A DNA stretch of 64,000 nucleotides from Takakia lepidozioides (lineage: Eukaryota > Plantae > Bryophyta), in the NCBI GenBank assembly GCA_030704615.1, contig CM060734.1, forward strand, positions 20,460,001 to 20,524,000, in the 5' to 3' direction. A program made the position numbers and the translations under genes. Shown in pieces: positions 1-12,673 of the stretch. Within the stretch, counting starts at the first letter, position 1; the number at the start of each line of letters is the position of its first letter. The notes under the pieces are model-generated. The model worked only from the letters and a program-made list of their open reading frames with translations. It did no database searches and had not been told where the DNA came from.

Positions 1-306
1 TCAGCTCTGGTATGGTCGGAGACCCCATGGTACCAAAAGTACAGAGTCTGCCCAAGAAAATCCCTGCTGTGCAGGTTATGCCCAAACCTGTGTTAGTGGT
101 TGAAGGGGTAGAGGGCAAGGGTACTGCAGCACCTGGGGAAGATGAGGTGGCTCAGGAACAAGATCCTGTGGGATCATGGCCTGATTGGTTTGTGAAACAT
201 CAAACTGTTGATGTTGAAAATCAGGAAGAACAGCAGCATGTTTTCTATAAAGACCCACGGTAGGCCATGGTTATGAGTTCCATAAGCATGACTCTCAACA
301 TGTTGG

Positions 307-1243
307 CACTACAACAAATGGGGGGGGGTTTGCGACGCTAGCCGCGCCCCCATGCCCGCGCGGCGCTGAGCCCGCGACGTCGAGCCCGCGACGCTTTTTT
401 GCGACGTCCCGGCAACGCAATCCTTCGCTGCGACACCATTGCGACGCCTAGCCGTCGCAAGGTGGCATGAAGCCGGAAAGAGGGCCCTCGCTACGATAGA
501 TTTTTTTTTCTTGCGACGCCCCGGCATCGCAAATGGTTTTTTTTTTTTTTTTTTTGGACATTGAGACGCCTCGGCGTCGCAAAAGCGTCACGGAGGGCAC
601 CCCAGCGCCTCTGCGTCGCAACAGCATCATCACAATGAGAGTTTGTTTTTTTTTTTTTTTTTTTTTTTGGCTTTGCGGCCGTTAACTTCACAAAAGCGTC
701 GCTGGGGCGGCCAATGCTGCGACGCCAAGGGGTCGCAACAACGTCGCCACAGGGGGTCGCAATGGTGTTGTAGTCAGCTTAGGTCATCACAAGGACGTCG
801 CTTGGGGCGCCTGGCGGTGGGGGGGGGGGTACAATAACGGCGACGACGTTGGGGCTGGGGCTAGGGCTGGGCACTAAGGTTGTGGAGGTTGCAACTCCCA
901 GGCGTCACAAGAGGTTCCCCTTAGAAGGAACTTGAAGGAAATCTTCATATGTATATATATAGATATTTAAATTGCTTTTGTGATCCATAGATGTAGCGTA
1001 AGTGTGTTGGTTAGTCTGTATTGTCTTAGAAATGTTATAACGTGGAGGTCTTAGGTTCAAGTATGCATTGCATGATATATGTAGAACAACGAACATATCG
1101 CCATTAGACGGAACCGGAGTCAATGGTCAACAAGTTTTTGAAAAACAAGTTTCAAATTCAAATTTTCCCACCTAAATTCAAATGTACCCTCTTAAATTGC
1201 GACGTCCGGGCGTCGCACTTTGCGACCCCCGGACGGTGCTAAT
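307..1243 (+). mobile_element. CACTA/EnSpm-type transposon terminus with GC-rich subterminal repeats (one end only)
   Basis: Starts CACTACAACAAATGGGG...TTTGCGACG at 307, followed by dozens of GCGAC(G)/(C)GTCGC motifs in both orientations. The same architecture recurs at 53304. No matching other end found; interrupted by an LTR at 1244. Confidence 0.6.
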
Positions 1244-1968
1244 TGTCGCGCACCTCATTTCGGTAAGCTCCCTTTCAAGTCATAGTTACTCGCTTTGATG
1301 CGCGCGCCTAACTCCCAACCTGGCCGCTGGGCCAACTCGGAGCTTCGGCTGCTCACCGGGACATAACGGTCCCCCTTTTCTCTCCCAACAGACCCTCCAC
1401 CAATTTGGGCCTAGTGGAAATTCCCTCTAGTAGTTGGTAGTCCGGAATAGCTCCCCACTTCTTGGTCGCTTTCCGGCTCGCTCGCTTATTCATTAGTTTT
1501 TGGTCACCAACGGGCTTGCACCTCGGGGTTACTACTCCCTATATATACTTCTGTGACTGTCCGCAGGGGTTCACAAACAACCATGCCATTTTATGGCGAA
1601 CCACCACGAAGACCCTCGATTCCCGGTGATGAGTCGCGGTGAGTCTTGGCCCACCCACCACGGCCCCATTGGACCGTGGTGAGTCCCAAGACTCCCCACG
1701 ACTCCCACCATAAGGTCTCCGCCCCATGGTGAGTCATATGCCACCCCCACTAAGTCCCACTAAGCTACCACCACCCCTTGTGGAGCCACCCCCACCGCAA
1801 CCCGGTGTGCGGGGCTCCACCTAGTGAGCGCCTCCGCCTCCGCCTCCTTGAGTGTCTTGGGCACTCAAGGGTGCTTCAGCCCCCCGTACCTATTGCTGCC
1901 ACCGCCCCCACCTAAGGGGCAACCCATTGCGTCCCGACCCCCTGCCCTCAAAGCAAAGGGCCGCGACA
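1244..1968 (-). repeat. 3' LTR of copy 1
   Basis: TGTCGCG...CGCGACA ends; homologous to the other ~720-bp LTRs; adjacent to a PPT-like AGGGGTGTG on the minus strand. Confidence 0.93.
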
Positions 1969-2855
1969 CACACCCCTATCAACAGGGAGTCGATGTCCTC
2001 ATCGACTTGTCCATTTTGTAGAAACGATCATCCAAGTTGTGGCGTCCCACATCAAGGAGTTTGTTTCCGCACCATGGCAACCCATGGCAAAGAACCAAAC
2101 CCCACACTTGACTCTACTCTCCACTAGCTAGTTCGGCCGACAAGGGTGGAGCCTCTCAAGTTCCACCCAGTACACTCTTCTTGGCCTACTTCAAGGCCAA
2201 GGAACGATCCTCCCCGAGGATCGAATCGCCTTATTGCAACAACATTGTTTGCGACCGCTCTTGATGCCGCTTTTGGCATCACCTTGAGCAAGGGTTCACC
2301 TTGAACCCTTTTTGACTAGGAAGATAACCTTGAACCAACCGTGCGCCCCAATCACTACAATTGGGTCCGCCTTGGAATGCTGACCTGAGGTACGGGAACA
2401 CGCCAAAGCCGCACTACGACTTCGTCCCGAGGCTACACGATTATAGTACGTGAACGAAAGCACGTAGCTTCCGCGTTAGCCCGCACTACAAGGCAACCCC
2501 CTCAGTAGCGCAATTATAGTACGCGCACGTGCCAGGTGCGCACTAGCACGTGAACTCCCAAAGAAGGCGCAAGTTTCTTTGCCCCTTGGATGGGAGTCAC
2601 CCGATTTCGGCTCTGCGCAAACACACGATTAATCCAATTTACCTCTCCCACTTTTGTAAGCTAGCATGCATTCTACACACTAGCCAACCATACCATGCAT
2701 CACCATTCCAAACAAAATATGAGGCACAACATTTGGAAACCATTTCATTTATAACAAAATTTATACAACACAAGTTTTTGCAATCGGATTCTTGAGCTAG
2801 CTGAGCCGGGCTAAGCATGCATTTCCTCCCCCACGATCCAAGGTTGATGTCCCCA

Positions 2856-5800
2856 TCAACGCTTCTCCACTTTTGAGGTCGCCCTTCGAAAGCTGCAACC
2901 GCCTCGGATGCGTTTCCCATTTCTGAGGCACACACCCAAGATGCCTCCACATGATGATAGCCCTTCCATTTCACGAGATACTCCATTTCTTGATTCTTGA
3001 ACCTCCTCGACTTAAGCACTGCCTCCACCTCGTACTCAGGTTCATTTTCATGATCCAACAACATAGGTGGCGGACGCAACACTTGATGCCGATTTGGACG
3101 CGCTTCATCTTTGAAGTAAGGCTTCAAAAGGGAGACGTGGAATACCGGATGCACCTTGCTATTTGCCGGCAGCTCCAATTCATACACATCCTCATTCATA
3201 ACCTTCCGGATGCGAAAGGGTCCCACATACGGAGGTACGAACTTCGGGCTCACTTCCGGAGGTAATCGGAAATTCTTGATGTTCAACCAGACCTCCGTGC
3301 CTGCCTCAAACTTAACTTCCCTCCGCTTCCGATTCGTCTGCCTTTCTTACCGTTTCCTAGCTTTGGCAATGTTGTACTTTGCGAGCTTCAACAAACGCTC
3401 GCGTTCTTCTAGCACCGCTGCTGCTGCTGCTGGTTCCTCAACGTCTTGGGCGGCCCAACTTGTCGGCACCAGAGGTGCTTTTCCATAGACCAATACAAAA
3501 GGGGAAACTCCAATTGCGGAATGTTTTGTGTTATTATAGCAGAACTCTGCCGCATCCAAGTGCTCCACCCAGTCCGATTGGTCTGTCGACACGTAATTCC
3601 GCAGGATCTGCTTCACCACGGAATTCACCCTTTCTGTTTGGCCATCCGTCGTAGGTCGGAAGGTGGTGCTATCTTAAGCCTTGTCCCCATTTTCTTCCAA
3701 AGTGCCCTCCAAAATTTACTTGTAAACTTTGGATCGCGGTCCGAGACAATATCCTTCGGGAGTCCATGATGCTTGAAGACGTGGGCGAAATAAAGTCGCC
3801 CCGTCTCCTGCGCCGTTGCCGTCTCCTTGGTGGGAATGAAATGACCCATTTTACTGAACCTATCCACCACCACCAGGATTGCATCGAATCCTTTTGACAA
3901 CGGCATAGCAGTCATGAAATCCATCGAGACACTTTCCCAAGACCTCTCTAGAATCGGCAAAGGTTGTAACAGTCTCGTTTGTTTTTTGTACTCGCTCCGG
4001 TTTTGTTGGCATGTGGTGCATGACTTGACATACTCCTCGGCCTCCTCCCTCAGTTTGGGCCAGAAATACTCTTTCTTCAAGAGTGCCGCGGTGCGCTTGG
4101 CTCCGCCGTGGCCCGCAAGCGGGCCATCATGGCATTCTCTCAAGAGACCATCTCTGATCCCTCCCTTCGGCACATAGAGACGCCTTTGCTTATACTGGAG
4201 CAGTCCATTTTGCAAGTGGAACTGCGATTTAATCCCCATCCTCAAGTCCCGCATCACGGACTTTGCCATCTCATCCTTCCGGTAAGCCTTCCGGATCTTC
4301 CTTTGGAGTGTCGTCTCGCCCCTTTACACCAACATGAGCTGCTGCTTTCTACTTAAAGCATCGGCCACCACATTGTCCCGTCCCGGTTTGTACTGGATAT
4401 CTACATCGAACACCGCCAAAGTATCTTGCCACCTAAGTTGTTTTGGGGACAACTTAGGCTGCGTGGTAAAATACTTCACCGTGACATTGTCCGTGAATAC
4501 CTTCACCGGGTTGGAACCAACATAGTGGCGCCAAAGCTCAAGGCAATGCACCACCGCCTTCATCTCTTTCTCGTACGTTGGCCACTGTCGCTCCACTTCA
4601 TTCAGTTTCTTACTTTCGTAAGCCACTGGACGTCCATCTTGCATAAGTACACCCCCAATCGCGAAGTCGAACGCATCTGTATGAATCTCAAACGGGCGGT
4701 CGAACTCCGGGGATTTCAAGTCTAGAGCTTCCGCCATCCGCTGCTTCAACTCGGCAAAAGCTTGGCCACAAAAGGTGTTCCATACCCATACCTTGGATTT
4801 ACACAGAAGGTCTGACAGCGGCCCCGCGATCTTGGCAAAATTTCTCACATACTTTCGGTAATAGGAGGCGAGTCCTAGGAAAGATCGCACTCCCGGGACG
4901 GAAGTCGGAGGTTCCCAGTCCAAGATCACCCTCACCTTTCTATCATCCATTTTGATCCCATCCTGTGTAATCACATGCCCTAGGAACTCCACTTTTGTGA
5001 CCCCGAATTCGCACTTTGAAGCTTTGGCGTACAGCTTTCCTTCCGGCAATTTCTGGAACACCCAGTCCAAGATGTCAACGATGTACATGATCACAAAGTC
5101 ATCCAGCCACTCCTGGAACATTAGTGTGCTAAAGGTCGCATGGTTGTTGGTGAGTCCAAAAGGCATCACCAAGAACTCATACGAACCATATCTTGTCCTG
5201 CACGCGGTTTTCTCCTCATCTCCTTCCGCCACTCGGATTTGATGGTAGCCGGAGTGCAAATCGATCCGGCTGAAATACTTCACTCCTGCCAATCGATCAA
5301 AGAGGTTGTCGATTCTTGGCAAAGGGTACCGGTTCTTGATAGTCACCTTATTTAGAGCCCTGTAGTCGACACACATCCGCAACGTCCCATCCTTCTTGTC
5401 TGCTAATAGCACCGGGCTCCGTAAGGTGACTTACTCGGCCGGATGTACCCCTTTGACATTAGAGCCTTGAGCTGCGTCTTCAGCTCGACCAACTCTCTGT
5501 GGCTCAACCGGTAGGGCGCCTTGGCAGGCGGCTCTGATCCCGGTATCACCTCAATCTTGTGGTCAACTCCCCTTCGTGGTGGCAAGCCGCTTGGTAAATC
5601 CTCCGGCATCACATCCTGGTATTTCTCCAAGATCCCTTTGATTTAATCTGGGCTCGGCTCCCTATCGCCTTCTCCCTTCACTTGTCTTACATAAAGCAAA
5701 AACTGGGGCTCGTGTAACTCCTCCACGGCCCACTCCCTTGCTGACAGAAGGTTTATTCGCCCTCCCACGGGGTTGGGCGTTTCCGACACTCGTAAAACTT

Positions 5801-7370
5801 TGCCACCATTCCCACACGATAGTGTGACTACTCTCTTGCGGCCATCTATGACCGCTCCGGATTTGCTCAAAAAGGTCATCCCCAAAATGAGATCCACTCC
5901 ATCGATCTCGCAAATGGTGAAGTTCTCACGTCCCTCCCAACTCCCCAGTTGAAGAGGAACATCGAACGCCAACCTCGTCGCCAATTGTGGTTCTCCTTTG
6001 GCAGAACGCACCTCAATAGAGGCCCCCACGTCACTTGTCGGGAGTCCCAACTTTCGCGCCGCCGCCGGCGTCATGAAGGAGTGCGACGCTCCTGTGTCCA
6101 CCAACAACGACACGTTAGTTCCGGATATTATCCCATCCACGAACAATAACTGACTCCCTTTACGCAGGGCGCCAGTTTCCTGATACAACTCACAAGAATA
6201 GTTGCCTACGTTGCAAGTCCTGGCGACCACCGCTTCCACCAAGCGACTGATGGTATCTTCCGACAGCTCCGTGGTTGCCCGAGTCATGTTCAATTGTCGA
6301 GGTTTCGTGCACTTCTTGGCCATGTGCCCGGGCTCCCCGCAATTGAAACACACTCCATCAAAGGTCGCCTTCTGTCCGCCATAAGCCGCTCCACCCGCTT
6401 TTCCTCTCGAAGCACCGGGTGCCGCCTTGACGTGTGAAGGCCCTCCCTTTGATTTCCACGTGCCATTGTCGCCGCGTAGCCTATCCCACTTCTTTTCCGG
6501 TCGGAAGGAGTCACCTTCCCGCCGGGTCTTCTTGTGGTTCAGCTCCGTACGGCCTTGTCTCTCATCCCTAGGGACATCCGAGAAACATTCAACCCTCTCA
6601 ATTGCCTCGTTCAAAGTCTTGGGTGGCTTCTCCTCCAACTTCCGCCTGGCCCATGGGGCCAGTCCCGCCACAAAGTTGAAGACCATTTCTGGTTCTGCCA
6701 TGTCCGCGACTTCGAGCAACAACACATTGAAAGCCTGGACATACCCCCGAATGTCATCTGTTTGCTTCAAATTCCTCATCTTGTCCTGGGCAAGCCAGGA
6801 CGCGTTGAGGGGCACAAACTGTCTCTTCATCAATTCCTTGAACCCACTCCAATTCAAGGTTTCCGGGCTTGGACCTCGGCCGTGAAGGCGTTTCTGCCAC
6901 CATTGTTGAGCATAGCCCCTCAAATAGGTGGGAGCCACTTCCACCCGATCCTCGTCACTCAACTTGGCCGCCCGGAAGTACTGCTCTAGCTCCAAGAGCC
7001 AGGTGTTGAGTGCCTTCCGATTTCGGACGCCCTCGAAGGTGTCGGGTTCCTTAGGCTTCACCTTAAATTTTGCCTTAGTGGAAGTGGCATTAGCCGCCTT
7101 CAACACGTCTTTCAACGTCCTGCCAAATTGCGCCAACAATCCTTCCCAAAAGGCTGCCGGCATGGGAGGCATCTCTTGGTTTGTCGGAGCTCTCAATGAT
7201 TCTTCGGGCTCCGACTCCTCGGATTCCTCCCGCTCTTGAGCGGCCTCATTTTCGGAAACATGCATCGCTTCCTCAAACGGCTGCCTCGGTGACATGTCGC
7301 CCCCATCGGGCTCACCAGGATCATCATCTTTTGGGCCGTTCCGCTTTCGCTTCGGCTTGCCCGACCCCAT
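2856..7370 (-). pseudogene. gag-pol pseudogene of copy 1
   Basis: ORF pieces 5643-7424 (gag, CCHC knuckle, DTGA protease), 5403-5630, 4324-5412 (RT/RNaseH with small deletions, YIDD changed to YIVD), 3625-4269 and 3347-3628 (integrase), 2639-3286 (chromodomain). Several stops and frameshifts relative to copy 5. Confidence 0.92.
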
Positions 7371-7425
7371 GATGAGGCCAATCCCAAGGACGATCACGTA
7401 CTGAACTCTAAGCTCTGATACCAAG

Positions 7426-8153
7426 TGTCACGCACCTCACTTCGGTAAGCTCCCCTTCAAGTCATAGTTACTCGCTTTGATGCGCGCGCTTGACTCCCAA
7501 CCTGGCCGCCGGGCCAACTTGGAGCTTCGTCTTCTCACCGGGCATAACGGTCCCCCTTTGTTCTCGCAAAGAACCCTCCACCGATTTGGAACCAGCGGGA
7601 ATTCCCTTTGGTAGTTGGCAGTCCGGAACCGCTCCCCACTCTTTGGTCGCTTTCCGGCTCGCTCGCTTACTCACTAGTTTTTGGTCACCAACGGGCTTGC
7701 ACCGTTCTCGGGGTTACTACTCCCCCTATATATACTTCTGTAGCTGTCCGCGGGGGTTTCACAACCAGCCATGCCATTTTATGGCGAACCACCACGAAAA
7801 CCCTCGACTCCCGGTGATGAGTCGCGGTGAGTCTTGGCCCACTCACCACGGCCCCTATGGACCGTGATGAGTCCCAAGACTCCCCACGACTCCCACCACG
7901 AGGTCTCCGCCCCATGGTGAGTCCTATGCCACCCCCACTAAGTCCCGCTAAGCTACCACCACCCCTTGTGGAGCCACCCCCACCGCAACCCGGTGTGCGG
8001 GGCTCCACCTAGTGAGCGCCTCCGCTTCCCTGAGTGCCTTGGGCACTCAAGGGTGCTTCAGCTCCCCCATACCTATCGCTGCCGCTGCCCCCACCACAGG
8101 GGCAGCCCCTCATGTGTCCCGACCCCCTGCCCTCAAGGCAAAGGGCCGCGACA
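7426..8153 (-). repeat. 5' LTR of copy 1
   Basis: Directly adjacent to the PBS; TGTCACG...CGCGACA. Confidence 0.93.
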
Positions 8154-9870
8154 ATACTACCCGCAAGGGAATGGGTAGGCAGAATCAACCATGGCTTCAG
8201 AGTAGGCCATCGCAAACTCACTATCCCATGGATCACCAGCATCTCGCGTGAGCTTAGGTAGACCAAGATATTGGGGAGCTATGCTGGTGTTCGTACAACC
8301 ATGAACAGAGTGGTTTAGCAGAGCTGGTGTTTGTGCATGAAGCACAACGAGTGCATTGACATGCGTAGTGAGGAAAAGCACGACGATAAGAATGCAGCAC
8401 CTGGTGTAGCCTCCATGCACAACAAATAGGGCATCCAGAGACCAGGGTGACTGCAGCCTAAAGTGTCCATTTTTTTGTTGTCACAACACTAGTTTTTCCA
8501 GACATAGAATAGTGGTAAATTATCATACTCCTACATGACAATGCCATCAATAAAAAGGGACTAACATATAGAGGCTCATCTACATATACTTTCACATTTT
8601 TAAATCTCATTATCAAAAACCAGAATCTCTAGATGCTATGGACTTTTAAAAAGTCCATACGGAATTGTCACAGTCCATAAAAAGACGTTACGAATTTTTT
8701 TAATATAGGAGTTAGAAAAAAGCCAAGAAAAGGGACTCTCTCAAACTTGCTTTGGAGAATGAGGAATCTGGAATGAGAACAATCATTCAAAAATATGAAG
8801 TTAAAAAAATAATATGTACTATTTTGAGCCTAAAAAATAGCTATTTTCATATAGTCCTTTATGACTAAATTCTTTTGAAATAACAATTTTTTTTTTCATT
8901 AGAAGCATTCATTCACCATAAATGCACAGTTGAGTATGATCAAATATCAAAAAAACATTTGTGAATTGATATTATCGTAATTTGAAAATCTTGGTTTTAC
9001 CAGTTAATAATAGACGGTCAAGATTGTCAGTTGAAGCAAATCCGATGGCTGAGGATTCGCCACATCCTCCTTTATGTACTCTTTATGTACTCATGATCTG
9101 CCGTTTTTGGTCCATTCTAGTTTGCAATCACCCACCAGCGTTCTCCAGAGCGTGTAGTGACTGAGGCAGTATGTGAGGGGGTAGAGCACTCTGTGACGCC
9201 GAATCCACGGAGGGCCGACTTGCGCTCGAAAGGCTCGAAAGAAAATGACCATAAAACAACCCATAAATGAGCATTAAGGCCTTGAAGAAGCATAGCAAGA
9301 TAGACTGGTTATGAACAGATCCACTGACCAGCCTGAAGAATCTGAGAGGAGGCGCCATAAGATTAAACTTTAAGTCTTGGGGGGAGAATGTAGCTTGTGG
9401 AGGGATGAGAGCGAATACGGTCCGGTCTGTAGATCGTCGAGAGCACCTGGCAGGTTGCTTCAACATAAAAAAGCCAAGGGTGGGGGCCCAGGGTGGTGAC
9501 AGCGGCAGTAAGGGCCTTACATTGATGGGAGCCGAAGGTGTGCAGCAACGACACTCACACACGTTCGGGGCAACAGCTGGTGATGGTGGTGGTCCTGAGC
9601 TCCTCGAGAGGGGATTTGGACGGCAGAGGCCACTCTAAAAGCATCAAAAGGAAGCTTAAAAGAAGCACATTTAAGCATTTGTAAAGGAGATTGTTAGAGC
9701 ACGGGAGAAGACTAGGAGGTCTCATCGCAAAAGCAGACTAGACGGAAGCAGAAGCTATAGTGGCGACCATGTCTAAAGTAGAGGCCGAGGCAAAGTAGCG
9801 AAGCCGCTAGAGGGAGGACGAATTAACACGAAAAGGCTAAAAGTATAGCGGAACCCTTAGAGAAAGTAAT

Positions 9871-10596
9871 TGTTGCGGCCCTTCGTCTTGAGGGCAGGGG
9901 GTCGGGACACAAGAGGGGCTGCCCCTATGGTGGGGGCAGTGGCAACAATAGATACGGGGGCTGAAGCACCCTTGAGTGCCCAAGGCACTCAAGGAGGCGG
10001 AGACGCTCACTAGGTGGAGCCCCGCACACCGGGTTGCGGTGGGAGTGGTTCCACGAGGGGTGGTGGTAGCTTAGTGGGACTTAGTGGGGGTGACATAGGA
10101 CTCACCATGGGGGCGGAGACCTTGTGGTGGGAGTCGTGAGGAGTCTTGGGACTCATCACGGTCCAATGGGGCCGTGGTGGGTGGGCCAAGACTCACCGCG
10201 ACTCATCACCGGGAATCGAGGGTTTTCGTGGTGGTTCGCCATAAAATGACTGGGTTGTTTGTGAAACCCCCGCGGACAGTCACATAAGTATATATATGGA
10301 GTAGTAACCCCGAGAACGGTGCAAGCCCGTTGGTGACCAAAAACTAGTGAATAAGCGTGCGAGCCGGAAAATGACCAAGGTGTGGGGAGCTGTTCCGGAC
10401 TGCCAACAACCAAAGGGAATTTCCACTAGGCCCAAATTGAGAGAGGGTCTTGTGGAGAAGCAAAAGGGGACCGTTATGTCCCGGTGAGCAGCCGAAGCTC
10501 CGAGTTGGCCCGGCGGCCAGGTTGGGAGTTAGGCGCGCGCATCAAAGCGAATAACTATGACTTGAAGGGGAGCTTACCGAAGTGAGGTGCGCGACA
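9871..10596 (+). repeat. 5' LTR of copy 2
   Basis: TGTTGCGG...GCGACA followed by PBS TGGTATCAGAGC at 10599-10610. Confidence 0.93.
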
Positions 10597-10651
10597 CTTG
10601 GTATCAGAGCTTAGAGTTCTGTACGCGATCATCCTTGAGATCGGCCTCATC

Positions 10652-12023
10652 ATGGGGTCGGGCAAGCCAAAGCAAAAGCGGAATGGCCCGAAAGATGATG
10701 ATCCTGGTGAGCCCGATGGGGGCGACGTGTCACCGAAGCGACAATTTGAGGAGGCGATTCATGCTTTTGAAAGCAAGGCTGCTCAAGAACGGGATGAATC
10801 TGGGGAGTCGGAGCCCGAGGACTTCCCGGGGGCTCCGGCAGACCAACAGATGCCTCCCATGCCAGCAGCCTTTTGGGAAGGGTTATTGGCGCAGTTTGGC
10901 GGGACGTTGAAAGACGTGTTGAAGGCGGCTAATGCCACTTCCACTAAGGCAAAGTTTAAGGTGAAGCCTAAGGAACCCGGCACCTTCGAGGGCATCCAAA
11001 ATCGGAAGGCACTCAACAACTGGCTCTTGGAGCTAGAGTAGTACTTTCGGGCGGCCAAGTTGAGTGACGAGGATCGGGTGGAAGTGGCTCCCACCTATTT
11101 GAGGGGCTATGCTCAACAATGGTGGCAGAAACGCATTCACAACCAAGGTCCAAATCCAGAAACCTTAAATTGGAGTGGGTTCAAGGAACTTATGAAAAGA
11201 CAGTTTTTTCCACTCAATGCGTCTTGGCTCGCCCGGGACAAGATGAGGAATTTGAAGCAAACAGATGACATTCGGGGATATGTTCAGGCTTTCAATGTGC
11301 TGTTGCTCGAAGTCGTGGATATGGCGGAACTAGAAATGGTCTTCAACTTTGTGGCGGGACTGGCCCCATGGGCCAGACGGAAGTTGGAGGAGAAGCCACC
11401 TAAGACTTTGAACGAGGCAATTGAAAGGGCTGAATGTTTCTCGGATGTCCCTAAGGGCGAAAAACAAGGCCGTACGGAGCTGAACCACAAGAGGACTCGG
11501 CGGGAGGGTGACTCATTTCGACCGGAAAAGAAGTGGGATAGGCCACGCGGCGACAATGGCACATGGAAATCGAAGGGAGGGCCTTCGCACGTCAAGGCGG
11601 CACCTGGTGCTCCGAAAGGAAAATCAGGTGTGGCGGCTTATGGCGGACAGAAGACAACCTTCGATGAATTGTGCTTTAATTGCAGGGAGCCCGGGCACAT
11701 GGCTAAGAAGTGCGCGAAGCCCCGACAATTGAACATGACTCAGGCAACCACAGAGTTGTCCGAAGATTCCATCAGCCGCTTGGTAGAAGCGGTGGTCGCC
11801 AAGACTTGCAAGGTAGGCAACTACTCTTGTGAGTTGTATCAGGAGACTAACACCTTGTGTAAAGGGAGTCAGTTAATGTTCGTGAATGGGATAATTTCCG
11901 GAACTAACGTGTCGTTGTTGGTGGACACAGGAGCATTGCACTCCTTCATGACACTGGCAACGGCATAAAAGTTGGGGCTCCCGACAAGTGATATGGGGGC
12001 CTCTATTGAGGTGCGTTCTGCCA
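10652..12023 (+). pseudogene. gag-protease portion of copy 2
   Basis: MGSGKPK... gag, zinc knuckle [18 protein letters not shown] protease; in-frame stops at ~11039 and ~11966; interrupted by the MULE at 12024. Confidence 0.92.
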
Positions 12024-12220
12024 CAACGATGCAACGGCGTGAGCGTTGCGCGTGAGCGCGCGAGCGTACGCTCACGCAGGAGTGACGTGGCGTGAGCGTA
12101 CGCTCACGCCAGCTGACGTGGCGTGAGCCTGCACACACGCTGACGTGGCGTGAGCGTCATGTCAGCATGCTGATGTGGCGGTAAATGATGACATGGCACT
12201 GTCCGTCATCTGCCACGTCA
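12024..12220. repeat. Left TIR and subterminal repeats of the MULE
   Basis: Repeated GTGAGCG/CGCTCAC; TGACGTGGCGTGAGC at 12083, 12114 and 12141; palindrome GTGAGCGTACGCTCAC. Confidence 0.85.
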
Positions 12221-12673
12221 CCATTAACATGCGCCGCCTATAACCGTGGATGGTCCTATGACCGTGGAATTAATGCAGGGAATCTTGCCTAAATAGAATC
12301 AAGACGAGCATTGAGGCTACAATTGCAGCATCCAACATTGTGCAATTACAAATGCTTGTTTCACTTTTACAATTACGAGGACGACAAAATATCCTCACAA
12401 AGTGTGCGCCATAAAGGCTGCCACGGGAAGACCTTCCTCCCTCCTCAAATAACAATGAGAGTTAGGATCATCTTCAAAAGATGATTGTAGTGCATAGCGA
12501 CAGCAAGACATGTAGACTTCGAACGGTGCAATGACAAATGTGCACTACCTAAAAGTTGTCACTCAGAGCTCACTCCGTATAGTTGGAGGCCATATCATTG
12601 CACAGCCGACGAATTGATGTGAATTACACATTTCAAATCATGGTCATCCACATACCACATTACATAGTTCATG

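Larger units (their letters stand above)
1244..8153 (-). mobile_element. Ty3/gypsy chromovirus LTR retrotransposon, copy 1 (degenerate, probably recombinant)
   Basis: LTRs at 1244-1968 and 7426-8153 (TGTC...GACA). PBS TGGTATCAGAGC on the minus strand at 7412-7423. Gag-PR-RT-RNaseH-IN-chromodomain present in broken ORFs. Flanks CTAAT/ATACT do not match and the two LTRs are visibly different subtypes. Confidence 0.93.

Noticed and set aside
12-263. 83-aa ORF at the window start
   Set aside because: Low-complexity, no recognisable domain, upstream context missing.
7468-8266. Short ORFs in the LTRs and antisense to gag-pol, repeated in every copy
   Set aside because: By-products of GC-rich repeats and codon structure; lengths and frames vary between copies; no recognisable domains.
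8980-9870. Coding-like GC-richer segment left of copy 2
   Set aside because: No sustained frame or recognisable motif; probably a decayed TE fragment, but cannot be assigned.
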